Shown here one piece after another: positions 50,872-62,270 of a stretch of DNA of 64,000 nucleotides. The stretch is taken from NCBI RefSeq assembly GCF_006345805.1, contig NC_043017.1, positions 23,746,001 to 23,810,000 on the forward strand, given 5' to 3'. Position numbers and translations under genes: made by a program. The stretch's first letter is position 1; each line of letters starts with the position of its first letter. This DNA is from Octopus sinensis (Eukaryota). The notes beneath the pieces were generated by a model. That model was not told where the DNA came from. It did no database searches and worked only from the letters and a program-made list of their open reading frames with translations.

Positions 50872-51694
50872 TTATGTGATAACATACTTCCAGCTAACAC
50901 AGTAATTTTGTGCTGAAACGATATCCGGCAGCTTTACCAAAAAAGTAACAGTTTTGGATTGTTACTTTTTGGTTTGCGGTACAACAAGACTTTGACAGGA
51001 GGCAATCTGAAGGGAGCTTCTGTTAGAAGTTGTGCATTCCATACTGGTATGAGTTGGACAGTTTGACGGGAGTTAGCAATGCCAGAAAGCTTCACTAGGT
51101 TCTATTGTCTGTCTTAGCAAGGTTTCTACAGCTTGATGTTAAGTTAATTTTTTGGCTCAAAAAGCAAAAAGCAAGGCCATGTAGGGAGACATTGAGTTAT
51201 GTAAAGGGAGGGTGTTCATGCAAAGAGTTCAGGCCATTTCTGGTCAAGAGAGACTTTGAACCGAGCGGTCGTCGGCATCTTCACTGTCTGTCTTGGCATG
51301 GTTTCTACAGCTGGATGCCCTTCCTAATGCCAACCACTTGTGTTGGGTGCTTTTTTACATGGCACCATCAACAGTGCTTTTTATGTGGTACCATTACCTA
51401 TGATTTTTATGTGGGATCATCACCAACAGGGTTATTAAATTACCTTGCCCGGTGATGTATTTGTCTTGTAATAAGGAGTGAAGGGAGAAAAAGACACACA
51501 CACAAACAGCAGGAGTTAATTGGATTAAGCTGGATTTGAAAAGATTAAGCAGGACTGACTGATTTAAGAAAATATGAAGTAAACAAATAATCTGCATAAA
51601 AATTAGAAATAAAGAACAAAAGAATGATTATTGATAAAATTGTAAAAAAAAATTCAGTCAAGATTGGAGCAATTAGTGTGTGAATGGGAAGCCT

Positions 51695-52085
51695 CTGTGT
51701 GTGTGTGTGAATGTGAAGCCGATGTATATGCGTGTGTGTGTGCATGTGCGTGTATTCATGTGTGAATGTGAAGCCGATGTATGTGTGTGTGTGTGCATGT
51801 ATTCATGTGTGGATGTGAAGCCTCTGTATGTGTGTGTGGATGTGAGCCTGTGTGTGTGTGTGTGCATGTATTCATGTGTGGATGTGAAGCCTCTGTATGT
51901 GTGTGTGGATGTGAGCCTCTGTGTGTGTGTGCATGTATTCATGTGTGGATGTGAAGCCTCTGTATGTGTGTGTGGATGTGAGCCTGTGTGTGTGTGTGCA
52001 TGTATTCATGTGTGGATGTGAAGCCTGTGTGTGTGTGTGTGTGCATGTATTCATGTGTGAATGTGAACCCAATGTATGTGTGTGT
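51695..52085. repeat. GT-rich minisatellite (GTGGATGTGAAGCCTCTGTATGTGT-like unit)
   Basis: Direct reading; ends ~45 nt before the HKD2 exon. Confidence 0.9.
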
Positions 52086-52129
52086 AATATAACAAAATAG
52101 TAATTTCTTTGCGCTTGTGTGTTTTGTAG

Positions 52130-52347
52130 ACAACAGAATTGGTTTATGTACATAGCAAGATGATGATTGTCGACGATGACACAACAATAATTGGATCTGC
52201 AAACATCAATGACCGCAGTATGCTGGGGGACCGTGACAGTGAAATGGCTGTCATAATCCAAGACCTGGAGACTGTCCCTGTCCAGTTCAATGGCAAAGAC
52301 CATAAAGCTGGACATTTCTCATCCTCACTGAGAAAAACAGTTTTCAA
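52130..52347 (+). CDS. PLD1: PLD exon with catalytic HKD2 ([15 protein letters not shown]...[17 protein letters not shown])
   Basis: tgtag|ACA...AA|gtgagt; 218 nt. Confidence 0.98.
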
Positions 52348-52399
52348 GTGAGTCAGCGTTAACAATATCTTCTACTGGTTTACTGGTCTCAGACATCAT

Positions 52400-52440
52400 T
52401 GATTCCATTCAGATTTACTCCTCTTATACCTCACACACAC

Positions 52441-52486
<46 letters not shown>

Positions 52487-52900
52487 CCCCTCTCTCTCTC
52501 TACCTCCCCCTCTCTCTCTCTCGCACTCAGTCTTTCTCCCTTACATTCATTCCCACTCCGTTACACTCAGATCCTCTCCATCTTGTTTGATTCCCTTCAG
52601 ACTTACTCCTCTTATACCTCACACACACACACACACACAGAGTCTCTCTCTCTCTCTCTCTCCCCCATCTCTCTCTCTTCCTCTTCCTCACTCACTCAAT
52701 CTCTCTCCCTCCCTCTCTCTCTTCCTCTTCCTCACTCACTCAATCTCTCTCCCTCCCTCTCTCTCTCCTCCTCTCTCTCTCTCACCTGCACTCAGTCTGT
52801 CTCCCTTACACTCAGATCCTCTCCATCTTGTTTGATTCCCTTCAGACTTATCTCTCACACAAACAGTCTCTCACTCACTCAATCTCTCTCACATATTTTC
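52400..52900. repeat. CT-rich tract with duplicated ~190-bp units
   Basis: TTTGATTCCCTTCAGACTTA recurs between (CT)n runs. Confidence 0.8.
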
Positions 52901-53134
52901 CCTCTCTTGCACTTTCTCACTTCATGTATCAACTGAAGGCTCTCAAATGCGTGTGTGCCGTAAATCTAGAGATAAACCAGAACTGTTCTCCCTCCCACAC
53001 ACACACCTTCACTCTTGAAAACTGATTTATTGATTCCTTAGATTCTCAATCACTTCACTGTCTCTGAGGATAACAACTCTTCGGTTTATTTGGAATGGTT
53101 CAAATATTTCTTCTTCTTCTTCTTCTGTCTCTAG

Positions 53135-53246
53135 GGAACATTTGGGCCTCGAAGATGATGAGCTTCTGGTGGATCCTGTCTGTGATGCTTTCTATAAAGA
53201 AATTTGGATCCAACAAGCTAGCTTCAACACAACTATTTATGAAAAG
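53135..53246 (+). CDS. PLD1: PLD exon (EHLGLEDDELLVDPVCDAFYKEIW...IYEK)
   Basis: ctag|G...AAG|gtatgt; 112 nt; EHLG and DP..D.F...W. Confidence 0.96.
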
Positions 53247-54266
53247 GTATGTGATTATTAGAGTTGATGTAATCTACTTATCCCCTCCCCAGAAATTGCT
53301 GGCCTTGTGCCAAAATTTGAAATCATCATCATCACCATTATTATTACATGCTATGCTAGTTAACAGGGAAGTCGTCTTAAGGTCTGGTGACAATAAGTCT
53401 CCTCATATCTCAAGATTCTTTGGCTGTGTGGTAAGAAGTTTGTTTACCAACCACATGGTTCATGGTTCCCAACCACAGTTCTATGTTCAATCTTGCTGCG
53501 TGACACCCTGGGTCTTTTACTATATCCTTGGGCCAGCCGAAGCCTTGTGAGTGGATTTGGTAGGCAGAAACTGAAAGAAGTACCAGTTAAACACTGGGGT
53601 TGATGTAATTGACTAGTCCCTTTCCCCAAAATTTCAGGCATTGTGCCTATAGTGCAAAGGATTCTTCTTCTTATTATTATTAGTAGTAGTAGTAGTAGTA
53701 GTAGGAGGGCAGTATGTGGGACAAAGTGCTTTGTGGCATTTCATGTGCCCGAGTTCAAATTCCATTAAGGGCAGCTTTACCTTTCATCTTTCCAGGGTTG
53801 GTAAAATCTTGTGCCTATAGTAGAAAGGGATATTATTATTATTGAGTGAGAGAGCCAGTACATGCCATCAAAGTGACACTGGGTAAAATATACGAAGCCC
53901 AATATACCCATTATGACTACCCATCTGAAAAGGGTACACCAGGCACATGCATCACAACCATATGTGCGCAACATGGTGATCTCATATCAAGATAAGCAGC
54001 GCATGACCTTGCAGGTGGGGCCCAGTTAGAATTTTCTTCTGGTCAAGTAGACCATCCTGCTCAAAAGGTCCCTGAATAAGGATTGTTTAAGGATGTTGAA
54101 CAAACCACCCATGTTTCCAAAAGTGAATTATCCAAACCTCCAAGAATTCCTTTCAACACTTGGCTATGATGCTCCCCCACTACTTCTGCTCGTGGTCAGA
54201 GATGCACATATTGTCAGCCACTAAGGGACATGGTCCACTGGTTAAGGTCAAACAACTGACAAGCAA

Positions 54267-54317
<51 letters not shown>

Positions 54318-54422
54318 AGGTAGTGAGCTGATATTATCATTACAGCACTGGGCAAAATGCTTATTGGCATCTCTTCCGGCATTATGTCCTGAGTTCAAAT
54401 GCTGCCAGGGTCAACTTCGCTT

Positions 54423-54652
54423 GGTTAATCTCTAGTTTAACACCCGGTCACAAAATTGAGGAGAAATCATAGTGTAATAGGTGTAAAACAATGTGTAGTC
54501 AATGAATCTGAAAAAAAATTTGCGCTGATGAACGTCGGGAAGGGACTCTGAAGATTCTTATTGGGAATTTTCCAAGTCCTCTCCCCACTACTCCGTTCAT
54601 CACTACTTTCAATTTTCATTTTTGTGACCGGATGTTAAACTAGAGATTAACC
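54423..54652. mobile_element. MITE with ~34-bp TIRs (GGTTAATCTCTAGTTTAACA...) inserted into a SINE
   Basis: Inverted termini; flanks CTTCGCTT / CTTTGCTT; removal restores the SINE gtcaactttgcttttcatcc. Confidence 0.85.
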
Positions 54653-54778
54653 CTTTGCTTTTCATCCTTTCGGGGTCAATAACATAAGTACCAGGCAAAC
54701 ACTAGGGTCAATGTAATTGACTTACCCCCTCCCCCAAACTTGCTGGCCTTGTGCCAAAATTTGAAATCATTATTATTA

Positions 54779-54811
<33 letters not shown>

Positions 54812-55120
54812 GTAGTATTATTATTATTGAAGGCAGTGAGCTGGTAGAATCATTAGCATGCCAGGCAAAATGCCTAGCAACGTTTCATCCATCTTTACAT
54901 TCTGAGTTCAAATTCCGCCGAGGTTGACTTTGTCTTACGTCCTTTTGGAGGTCAATAAATTAAATACCAGTTGAGTACTGGGGTCAATGTAATCAACTAG
55001 CCCCCTCCCTCAGAATTTCAGGCCTTGTACTTATAACAGAAAGGATTATTATTATTATTATTATTATTTCAAATTGCTGTTTGGTTTAGCAATATTTATT
55101 TTCTCCTTTTTTTTTTTCAG

Positions 55121-55345
55121 GTTTTTAATTGTATTCCAAATGATGGAATCTTAACTTTTGATGAACTCAAGAAATACAACAAAAAATCAACTCTTGCAGA
55201 AGATAATCCAGGCAAAGCAAGAGAAATGCTAAAGAACGTACACGGTCATCTTGTTTTGATACCACTTTACTTCTTGTCTAATGAAAATTTGACGCCACCT
55301 CCTGGAGCCAAAGAAGCTCTTTTACCAACAGTTTTATGGACATGA
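55121..55345 (+). CDS. PLD1: PLD terminal exon (VFNCIPND...KEALLPTVLWT*)
   Basis: tttcag|GTT...TGA; 225 nt; conserved C-terminal P..WT. Confidence 0.97.
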   Translation, partial: VFNCIPNDGILTFDELKKYNKKSTLAEDNPGKAREMLKNVHGHLVLIPLYFLSNENLTPPPGAKEALLPTVLWT

Positions 55346-55418
55346 CACAATTCATCAAGAGAATTAGTTTCTATAAATAATGGCTGTGAATTATTATTAT
55401 TTTTATTATTATTGTTAT

Positions 55419-56511
55419 TATAGATGTTTTTGATCTAGTTTGGATTCTTTGCTATCAAATTTGAATCCTTTGCAATCAAATTTCTATTTTTCAATTGGTG
55501 CTCAAGCCTTGAGAAAAGAAAGAGTTAAACTACATCAGCCGTAAGGGAATACATGTCTATCTTATCTAACTCGTCCAGCAGAGCCCACCAATTGATATCT
55601 GAAAAGTTCGATGAAATAACTCATGAACACTGCGATAGCTTCTACCAAAAGATGCTCCGTTACGTCGAACCATCTGGACAAGGAGAGATAATAAACGAAT
55701 GATTCCTTTTCTATTGTTTGCGTATGTTTGAACAGTTCATTCAGGATAATTTGTACATTTTTACAAACTGCAACTTCTTTTGCAAGAAATATCAGTTAGG
55801 AAAATTTAAAAACCCTTATCTCAGGATAGCTAATAAACCTGGTCCGATTTAAATCAACAATTGTTGATCATAACTTTTAATCAATAAGGGTTATTTCACC
55901 CCTCCCCAAAATTGCATAAAATTGCTTTAAAGCGTGGGTTTATGCTACATCCTCCCTCCCCCCGTGGTATGTCTTTTAACTTGACTGTCTATTGTACATG
56001 GCATGCACGTGTCTTAGATGACACATGGATGCATTCAGGCAGATCGTTATATCAGGATTAGTAATGAGCTCATTTTTTCCTTTATGCCTACGTATGGGGA
56101 ATTGCTATTAGTAATGTTTGTTCCATCTTGAGCCATGCCTGGCTCATAAGGGCTGGTTTCCTTGGCGTATAGGTTCCTCACCTGAATGGGATGCCAGTCC
56201 ATCGCAGGTGAGCTGCAAATTGAACAATATTTTAACAAAAAAAGTGACTTCATGAAACGGTTATAAAGAGCTTACTATTCAAGTTTATCCAACTCAAGTT
56301 TGTTGTCCCAAGCTTGGGGTTAGATGGAAGTTCGAGTAGCAGTGGGCTCTACTGGACGAGTTAGGTAAGATAGACATGTATTCACTTATGGCTGATGTGG
56401 TTTAACTCCTTTTTTTCTCAAGGCTTGAGCACCAATTGAAAAACTCAAATTTGATTGCAAAGAATTCAAATTTGATGGCAAAGAATCCAAACTAGATCGA
56501 AAACATCTATA
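55419..56511. mobile_element. Element with ~170-bp terminal inverted repeats, just 3' of the PLD stop
   Basis: 55419-55588 matches the reverse complement of 56342-56511; TA dinucleotide at both ends. Confidence 0.85.
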
Positions 56512-57353
56512 TTCTCTCTTTTATATCATACTACTTCATTGGTTTTCATTTTCTTTTATTCTGATTTAATGTCTCATATAGTAACAATGTGGGTTAAAGA
56601 TATTTTTCTTGCTTTAGACTTTATTCCATTTTCCATTTTTCTTTTTTCTTTTTTTTGTTCTTCCACATCAAGAATTGTAATATTAGCTATGTAAAAAGAA
56701 AAATGGGGAACCAAGTTTTGGTTGAATGAAATTCCACAACCTTTTCAATGTATATATATATAAATATATCAGTATCATCATTATTGTAACACACACACAT
56801 ACACACACACACACACACATTACAAAGATATATTTTTGTATTCAGTCATTGCATTATCCAGCTTGTACGTAACGAAACTTCATCATGACACTTGTTACTG
56901 AACAAATTTAAAGCAATATGTGGATTTTAACATTCCAGTACAAAGTACAGAGTGTTCTAAAAGATAGTAATTCATTGAAAAATAATACGTTATGATATTA
57001 GGAGAATACTGAAGGTCCCTCCTCACCCATCCATTTGTCCCCTACCTTAAAGGAGGATTTAAATTCACTGATGGAAAGTAATTAAAATAAAAACACTTTT
57101 CTGTTTTATCGTTTTCTTGCACCTCCTCATGGTATCTATTTTGATTTAGAAGAATTAATCCATTGAACGTTAAATGGCTTTTGCTAAGGGACTCACAATC
57201 CTGTGAACAAACCTCTTGCATCTCCTCTTATTAGCTCCTTTAGTTTGTACCTTTTCACTTAGTAAAATGAAGGAGTGAATAGTAAGACACGCAGGCAATG
57301 CTTCAACTGTTTAAAGTTAGAAATATCACAGATGTGGACATTAAGCAGTGCAA

Positions 57354-57384
<31 letters not shown>

Positions 57385-57398
57385 CACTCATATACATA

Positions 57399-57449
<51 letters not shown>

Positions 57450-57591
57450 CAATAAATGGTGGGGTTGTGTTGACCTCACGTGGAGAAATGATAGGCAAGG
57501 AAAAATTATAAAAAGGCAGAATTCTAAATTGAAGGTAAATTTTAATGAAAATGGGTGAATGGAAAATTAAAAAAAAATTTTTTTTAAATAT

Positions 57592-57635
57592 TAACTCTAA
57601 CTGGTTTTCGTCACAATGCGACTTTTCAAGAATTA
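57592..57635 (-). ncRNA. Minimal type I hammerhead ribozyme motif (U3:A8 variant)
   Basis: Minus strand TAATTC-TTGAAAA-GTCGC(att)GTGAC-GAAAAC(ca)GTT-A-GAGTTA: stems I, II and III all pair. Confidence 0.75.
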
Positions 57636-58183
57636 TAAGGTGAAAAGAAATTTTTTTTATAATTGAGGAGGGGGGGAAAAAAGAAAATTACATTGGTTTT
57701 TGCCAAAAAATAATAAACATATACAAAAATTAAAAAATAGGTACACGGATACATTGTAAAGTCTTTGTGTTTAAATACTTCTTTTTTCTACCTCATTCTT
57801 CATGGAAGGACTAATACAAATATATAAGGATATCATGCAGTTATCACTTCAAGCTAAAAGTTATATTCTTTATTTATTATTATTATTAGTAGTAGTAGTA
57901 TTTTTATTATATATGACATAACAATCTGTGTTTGTCCCCCTAGCGTTGCTTGACAACCGACGCTGGTGTGTTTATGTCCCCATTACTTAGCAGTTCAGCA
58001 AAACAGACCAATAGAATAAGTACTGGGCTTACAAAATAAGTCCCAGGCTCGAGTTGCTCGATTAAAGGCGGTGCTCCAGCATGGCCGCAGTCAAATGATT
58101 GAAACAAGTAAAAGAGTAAAGAGTATCCATTTTTATTAAAATTTACCTTCAATTTTGCATTTGCTTTTTATAATTTTTCCTTG

Positions 58184-58184
<1 letters not shown>

Positions 58185-58231
<47 letters not shown>

Positions 58232-58234
58232 TAT

Positions 58235-58274
<40 letters not shown>

Positions 58275-58359
58275 CATATATACATATATATTATATACAT
58301 ATATATACATATATACATATACATTATACATATATACATATATATATATTATACATATA

Positions 58360-58394
<35 letters not shown>

Positions 58395-59276
58395 TACATA
58401 TATAGATAGTTATATATGTATATATATATTACATATATATAATATATATATACATATATATATTATATATATATATATTCTATATATATATACATATATA
58501 TATAATATATACATAATATATATATTATTATATATATATACATATATATATATATATAATATATATATATATATATACATATCAATATATATATATAATA
58601 TATATATATATATATACATAAACATATATATATATGACATACATATATATATATATATATACAAATATATTATATAATTATATACATATATATATATATA
58701 TACTATACATTATATATATAACTTAGAATAACTTAGAAAGGTTTTGGCCAGTATTGGCCCAGGCCATGTCTAACTTAATAGCACCACCTGGCGAAGTCTT
58801 TCAGTTCAGGATTTGGGCACCAAGGCCCATTCGAGCAGAGAGTTATTGTTTGCGGAGACATATCCGGGTGTGGGTGGTTTGTCCGGTACTGTTTGAAGGA
58901 ATTTGTCCAAAGACTTCTTGAATTTGTGTGTGGTCAGTTTCTTTTTTGACGTGTCCTGGTGTAATGTTGAAGAGAGCGCGGGTCCAATTGAGGTGAAATA
59001 GTTGTGCCGTATTGTCGTTATGTGATGCGATTTAGATTTTATTGTGGACGGATGGCATATATCATACATATAGATATATATATATATATACAGATATATA
59101 TATTATATATACCTATATATATAATATACATAATATATATTATATATAATACACATGATATATATATATTATTTTATATATACATATATATATAATATAT
59201 TACATATATACGCATATATATATGTATATACATAATATATATATATTCTTATAATACATATATATATATTATATAC

Positions 59277-59311
<35 letters not shown>

Positions 59312-59345
59312 CATACATATATATATATATATATATACATACAAT

Positions 59346-59380
<35 letters not shown>

Positions 59381-59614
59381 TATATAATATATATATTATA
59401 GATATAATATATATATAGTACAGTATATATATATATATTATATATATATATATATATATAATATTAATTTAGTATATATATACATATATATATATATATC
59501 TATATATATATATATATATATATATAGCATTACTATATATATATATATACATATATATATATAGATTATACATATATATATATATATATACATATATATT
59601 ATTCATATATATAG

Positions 59615-59666
<52 letters not shown>

Positions 59667-59718
59667 ATACATATATATATATAATATATATATACCATAT
59701 ATATATATACATATATAT

Positions 59719-59752
<34 letters not shown>

Positions 59753-59860
59753 CTATATATATATATATATATATATATCTATATATATATATTGATATAT
59801 ATATATATACATATATATATATTACATTATTATATATATACATACATATATATACACGTG
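58185..59860. repeat. ~1.7-kb degenerate (TA)n array interrupted by a LINE fragment
   Basis: Direct reading. Confidence 0.95.
58735..59065 (-). mobile_element. CR1-group LINE 3' fragment inside a TA array
   Basis: Minus-strand ...GPAL...FKKSLDKFLQTVPDKP.TPGY..ANNNSL, typical of CR1/L2-group C-termini. Confidence 0.72.
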
Positions 59861-61934
59861 AGTTATTTCTGTCTGCAAAATCCAATAATAGATCCATTAT
59901 TTATAAATAAAGTAAATATCTTATTGTTTTGAATTTCACTATATTTTTTCTCTTATGCTGAAATATATGGTGACTTATGTCTACAAAAGCCAATACTAGA
60001 TCTCTATCCATAAATGAAATCTTATTTGTTTGCAACACTCTGTATCTTGTAGACTTCACTTTGACAGTTTGTCATTGTTTTCATTGGTTTAAATTAAAAA
60101 CAAAAATTGTAAAAAAAAAAAAATAGTCATTTTACTTTTCATATATCCTTGGGAACACTTGTAAGTCCACTTAAAAAAAGCTGTTTTGCATTTGGAAAAC
60201 AAACAAAACCACCATGAAACAGCAATGTAAAATAAATGGAGAAACTATTTCAGATGTTTTAACTTTGAGAACAAATTTATAATCTCTTATTATTGTTGTT
60301 ATATTTTACGGTGCAATTAGTTTTCACCTTTGATTATCAAGTTAATGTTATTTGTTTTGTTTAGCAATGGATATTTTTATTTACTGTTTTTTTTGTTTAT
60401 TATTTTTTTTTTATTAAATAGAAAATATTGATTTAGTAATATTTTCTATAACAGAGGTGCCCAACAAGAAATTCTACCATTTTACTTCCAAACAGATTAG
60501 AGATAATCTGTTTAATATTTTCTGGCTTTATAAGCACTTTAATAGGATTGTCGTTTTTATTACTATAAATCTCTTATTTGGAAATGGAACATTTTTTACC
60601 TTATTTTCATTAGTTTAATCCTAGACTGAAATATAAGGAATATTAAAAAACCTTTCCCCCCCACCCCTCAAGGAAAAACTTGCTATTAACATCTCAGCAA
60701 ATTGTATTTTGTAAAGGACGATTTTTAACGAATAGAACCTAACATTAAGTTACCATGGTTTCTGCCATCATCATCATCATCTAACTTACTCCCACAGTAC
60801 AGGTTGCTGCATATAATCCCTTCCTCCTTCTGGTCTTCCTTTCTTCAATTAAGGTTTGCTATCTTCCTCAGGGTCACTTATAGACCCTCTCTTTGCATTT
60901 AATTTTTCTTTGTGTGTGTGTGCATCTGTGTTATTGTTTAGCCTAGGTCAGCCCTAATTGCTCAACCTATGATCAAAGGAGTTGCAGTTAGGACCATCTC
61001 ACCTTGTATATCTAATATTAATGAATTCTACTCTTCTTTTTATACTTTATTTTTTAAAAAAACAGTAGCATAGGTGCAGGAGTGGCTGTGTGGTAAGTAG
61101 CTTGTCTACCAACCACATGGTTCCAGGTTCAGTCCCACTGCGTGGCACCTTGGGCAAGTGTCTTCTACTATAGCCTCGGGCCGACCAAAGCCTTGTGAGT
61201 GGATTTGGTAGACGGAAACTGAAAGAAGCCCATTGTATATATATATATATATGCGTGTGTGTTTTTGTGTGTCTGTGTTTGTCCCCCTAGCATTGCTTGA
61301 GAACCAATGCTGGTGTGTTTATGTCCCCGTCACTTAGCGGTTCGGCAAAAGAGACCGATAGAATAAGTACTGGGCTTACAAAAGAATAAGTCCCGGGGTC
61401 GAGTTGCTCAATTAAAGGCGGTGCTCCAGCATGGCCGCAGTCAAATGACTGAAACAAGTGAAAGAGAAAGAGATATAATTTTAGGGGACTTTAACTTTTA
61501 TTCGTAGCAGGTCTAGCAATGATATTAAGACTAGCTCTATCTTGTGAATGTCATATGTATGCAGACAGCCTTTGGCTTATATTTCTAGCAGGTCTAACAA
61601 TGGTACAGAGACTCCCTCATTTGCCTTTGTCTTATGAATGTATTAGACAGCAGCTGTTGCTGCCTCCTGGTCTTAACCACAGGACTCGCAATACTCTGCT
61701 GAGCCTATCAATTACCAAGAAGTTAGAATATCTTTACAAACTAAGAGATGCAATGATTTATGACGAAGTTAGGGACCAATTCACCTGTTCTGTAAATTCA
61801 TATTTCCACCAGCTTTATGGTCAAAATTCTCTCCATCATTGCTGTGTCTTTGTATGGTAAATATTTAATTAGGTAGCACTCCTCATATTTTTATTTTATT
61901 TTATTTAGTTTCAGCTCACAAGCTGTGGCCATGC

Positions 61935-62270
61935 TGGGGCACCGCCATTTGGTGTTGCTACATGATTTTACTTCACGAATGCTTTTTAGCAATTGCCATT
62001 TGGTGCATGAGAGAGTTCGATGCAGCTGCCCTCATCTGCACCTCCTGCCGTGAAGTTGGTTCATCTGGGACACCTGAAAGGAAGAGATCCAGTTTTATTT
62101 TAAATACATCCACCCAATGCAGGTCTCTTAGGTTCTTCGGGAGGATATTGAAGAGCTGTGGGCCTCTGAAGCCCAGGCTATCACAGTATCTTGTCCTACA
62201 TCTTGATGGCAAATTTGGAGTCCTTGGCACTATGCAGTGGTGCATCTTTTTGTGTATAAACATGTTTATA
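61935..62270 (-). mobile_element. CR1-group LINE 3' fragment
   Basis: Minus ORF 61973-62263: SLGFRGPQLFNILPKNLRD...FKIKLDLFLSGVPDEP...AAASNSL. Confidence 0.8.

Larger units (their letters stand above)
2394..55345 (+). other. PLD1: Phospholipase D (PLD1/2-type) gene, 5'-partial; 22 coding exons, 1063 aa in window
   Basis: All exons have AG acceptors and GT donors with compatible phases, giving one ORF with PX end, PH, two HxKxxxxD motifs, [24 protein letters not shown] and terminal VLWT*. Invertebrates usually have one PLD1/2 co-orthologue, so the symbol is nominal. Confidence 0.96.
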
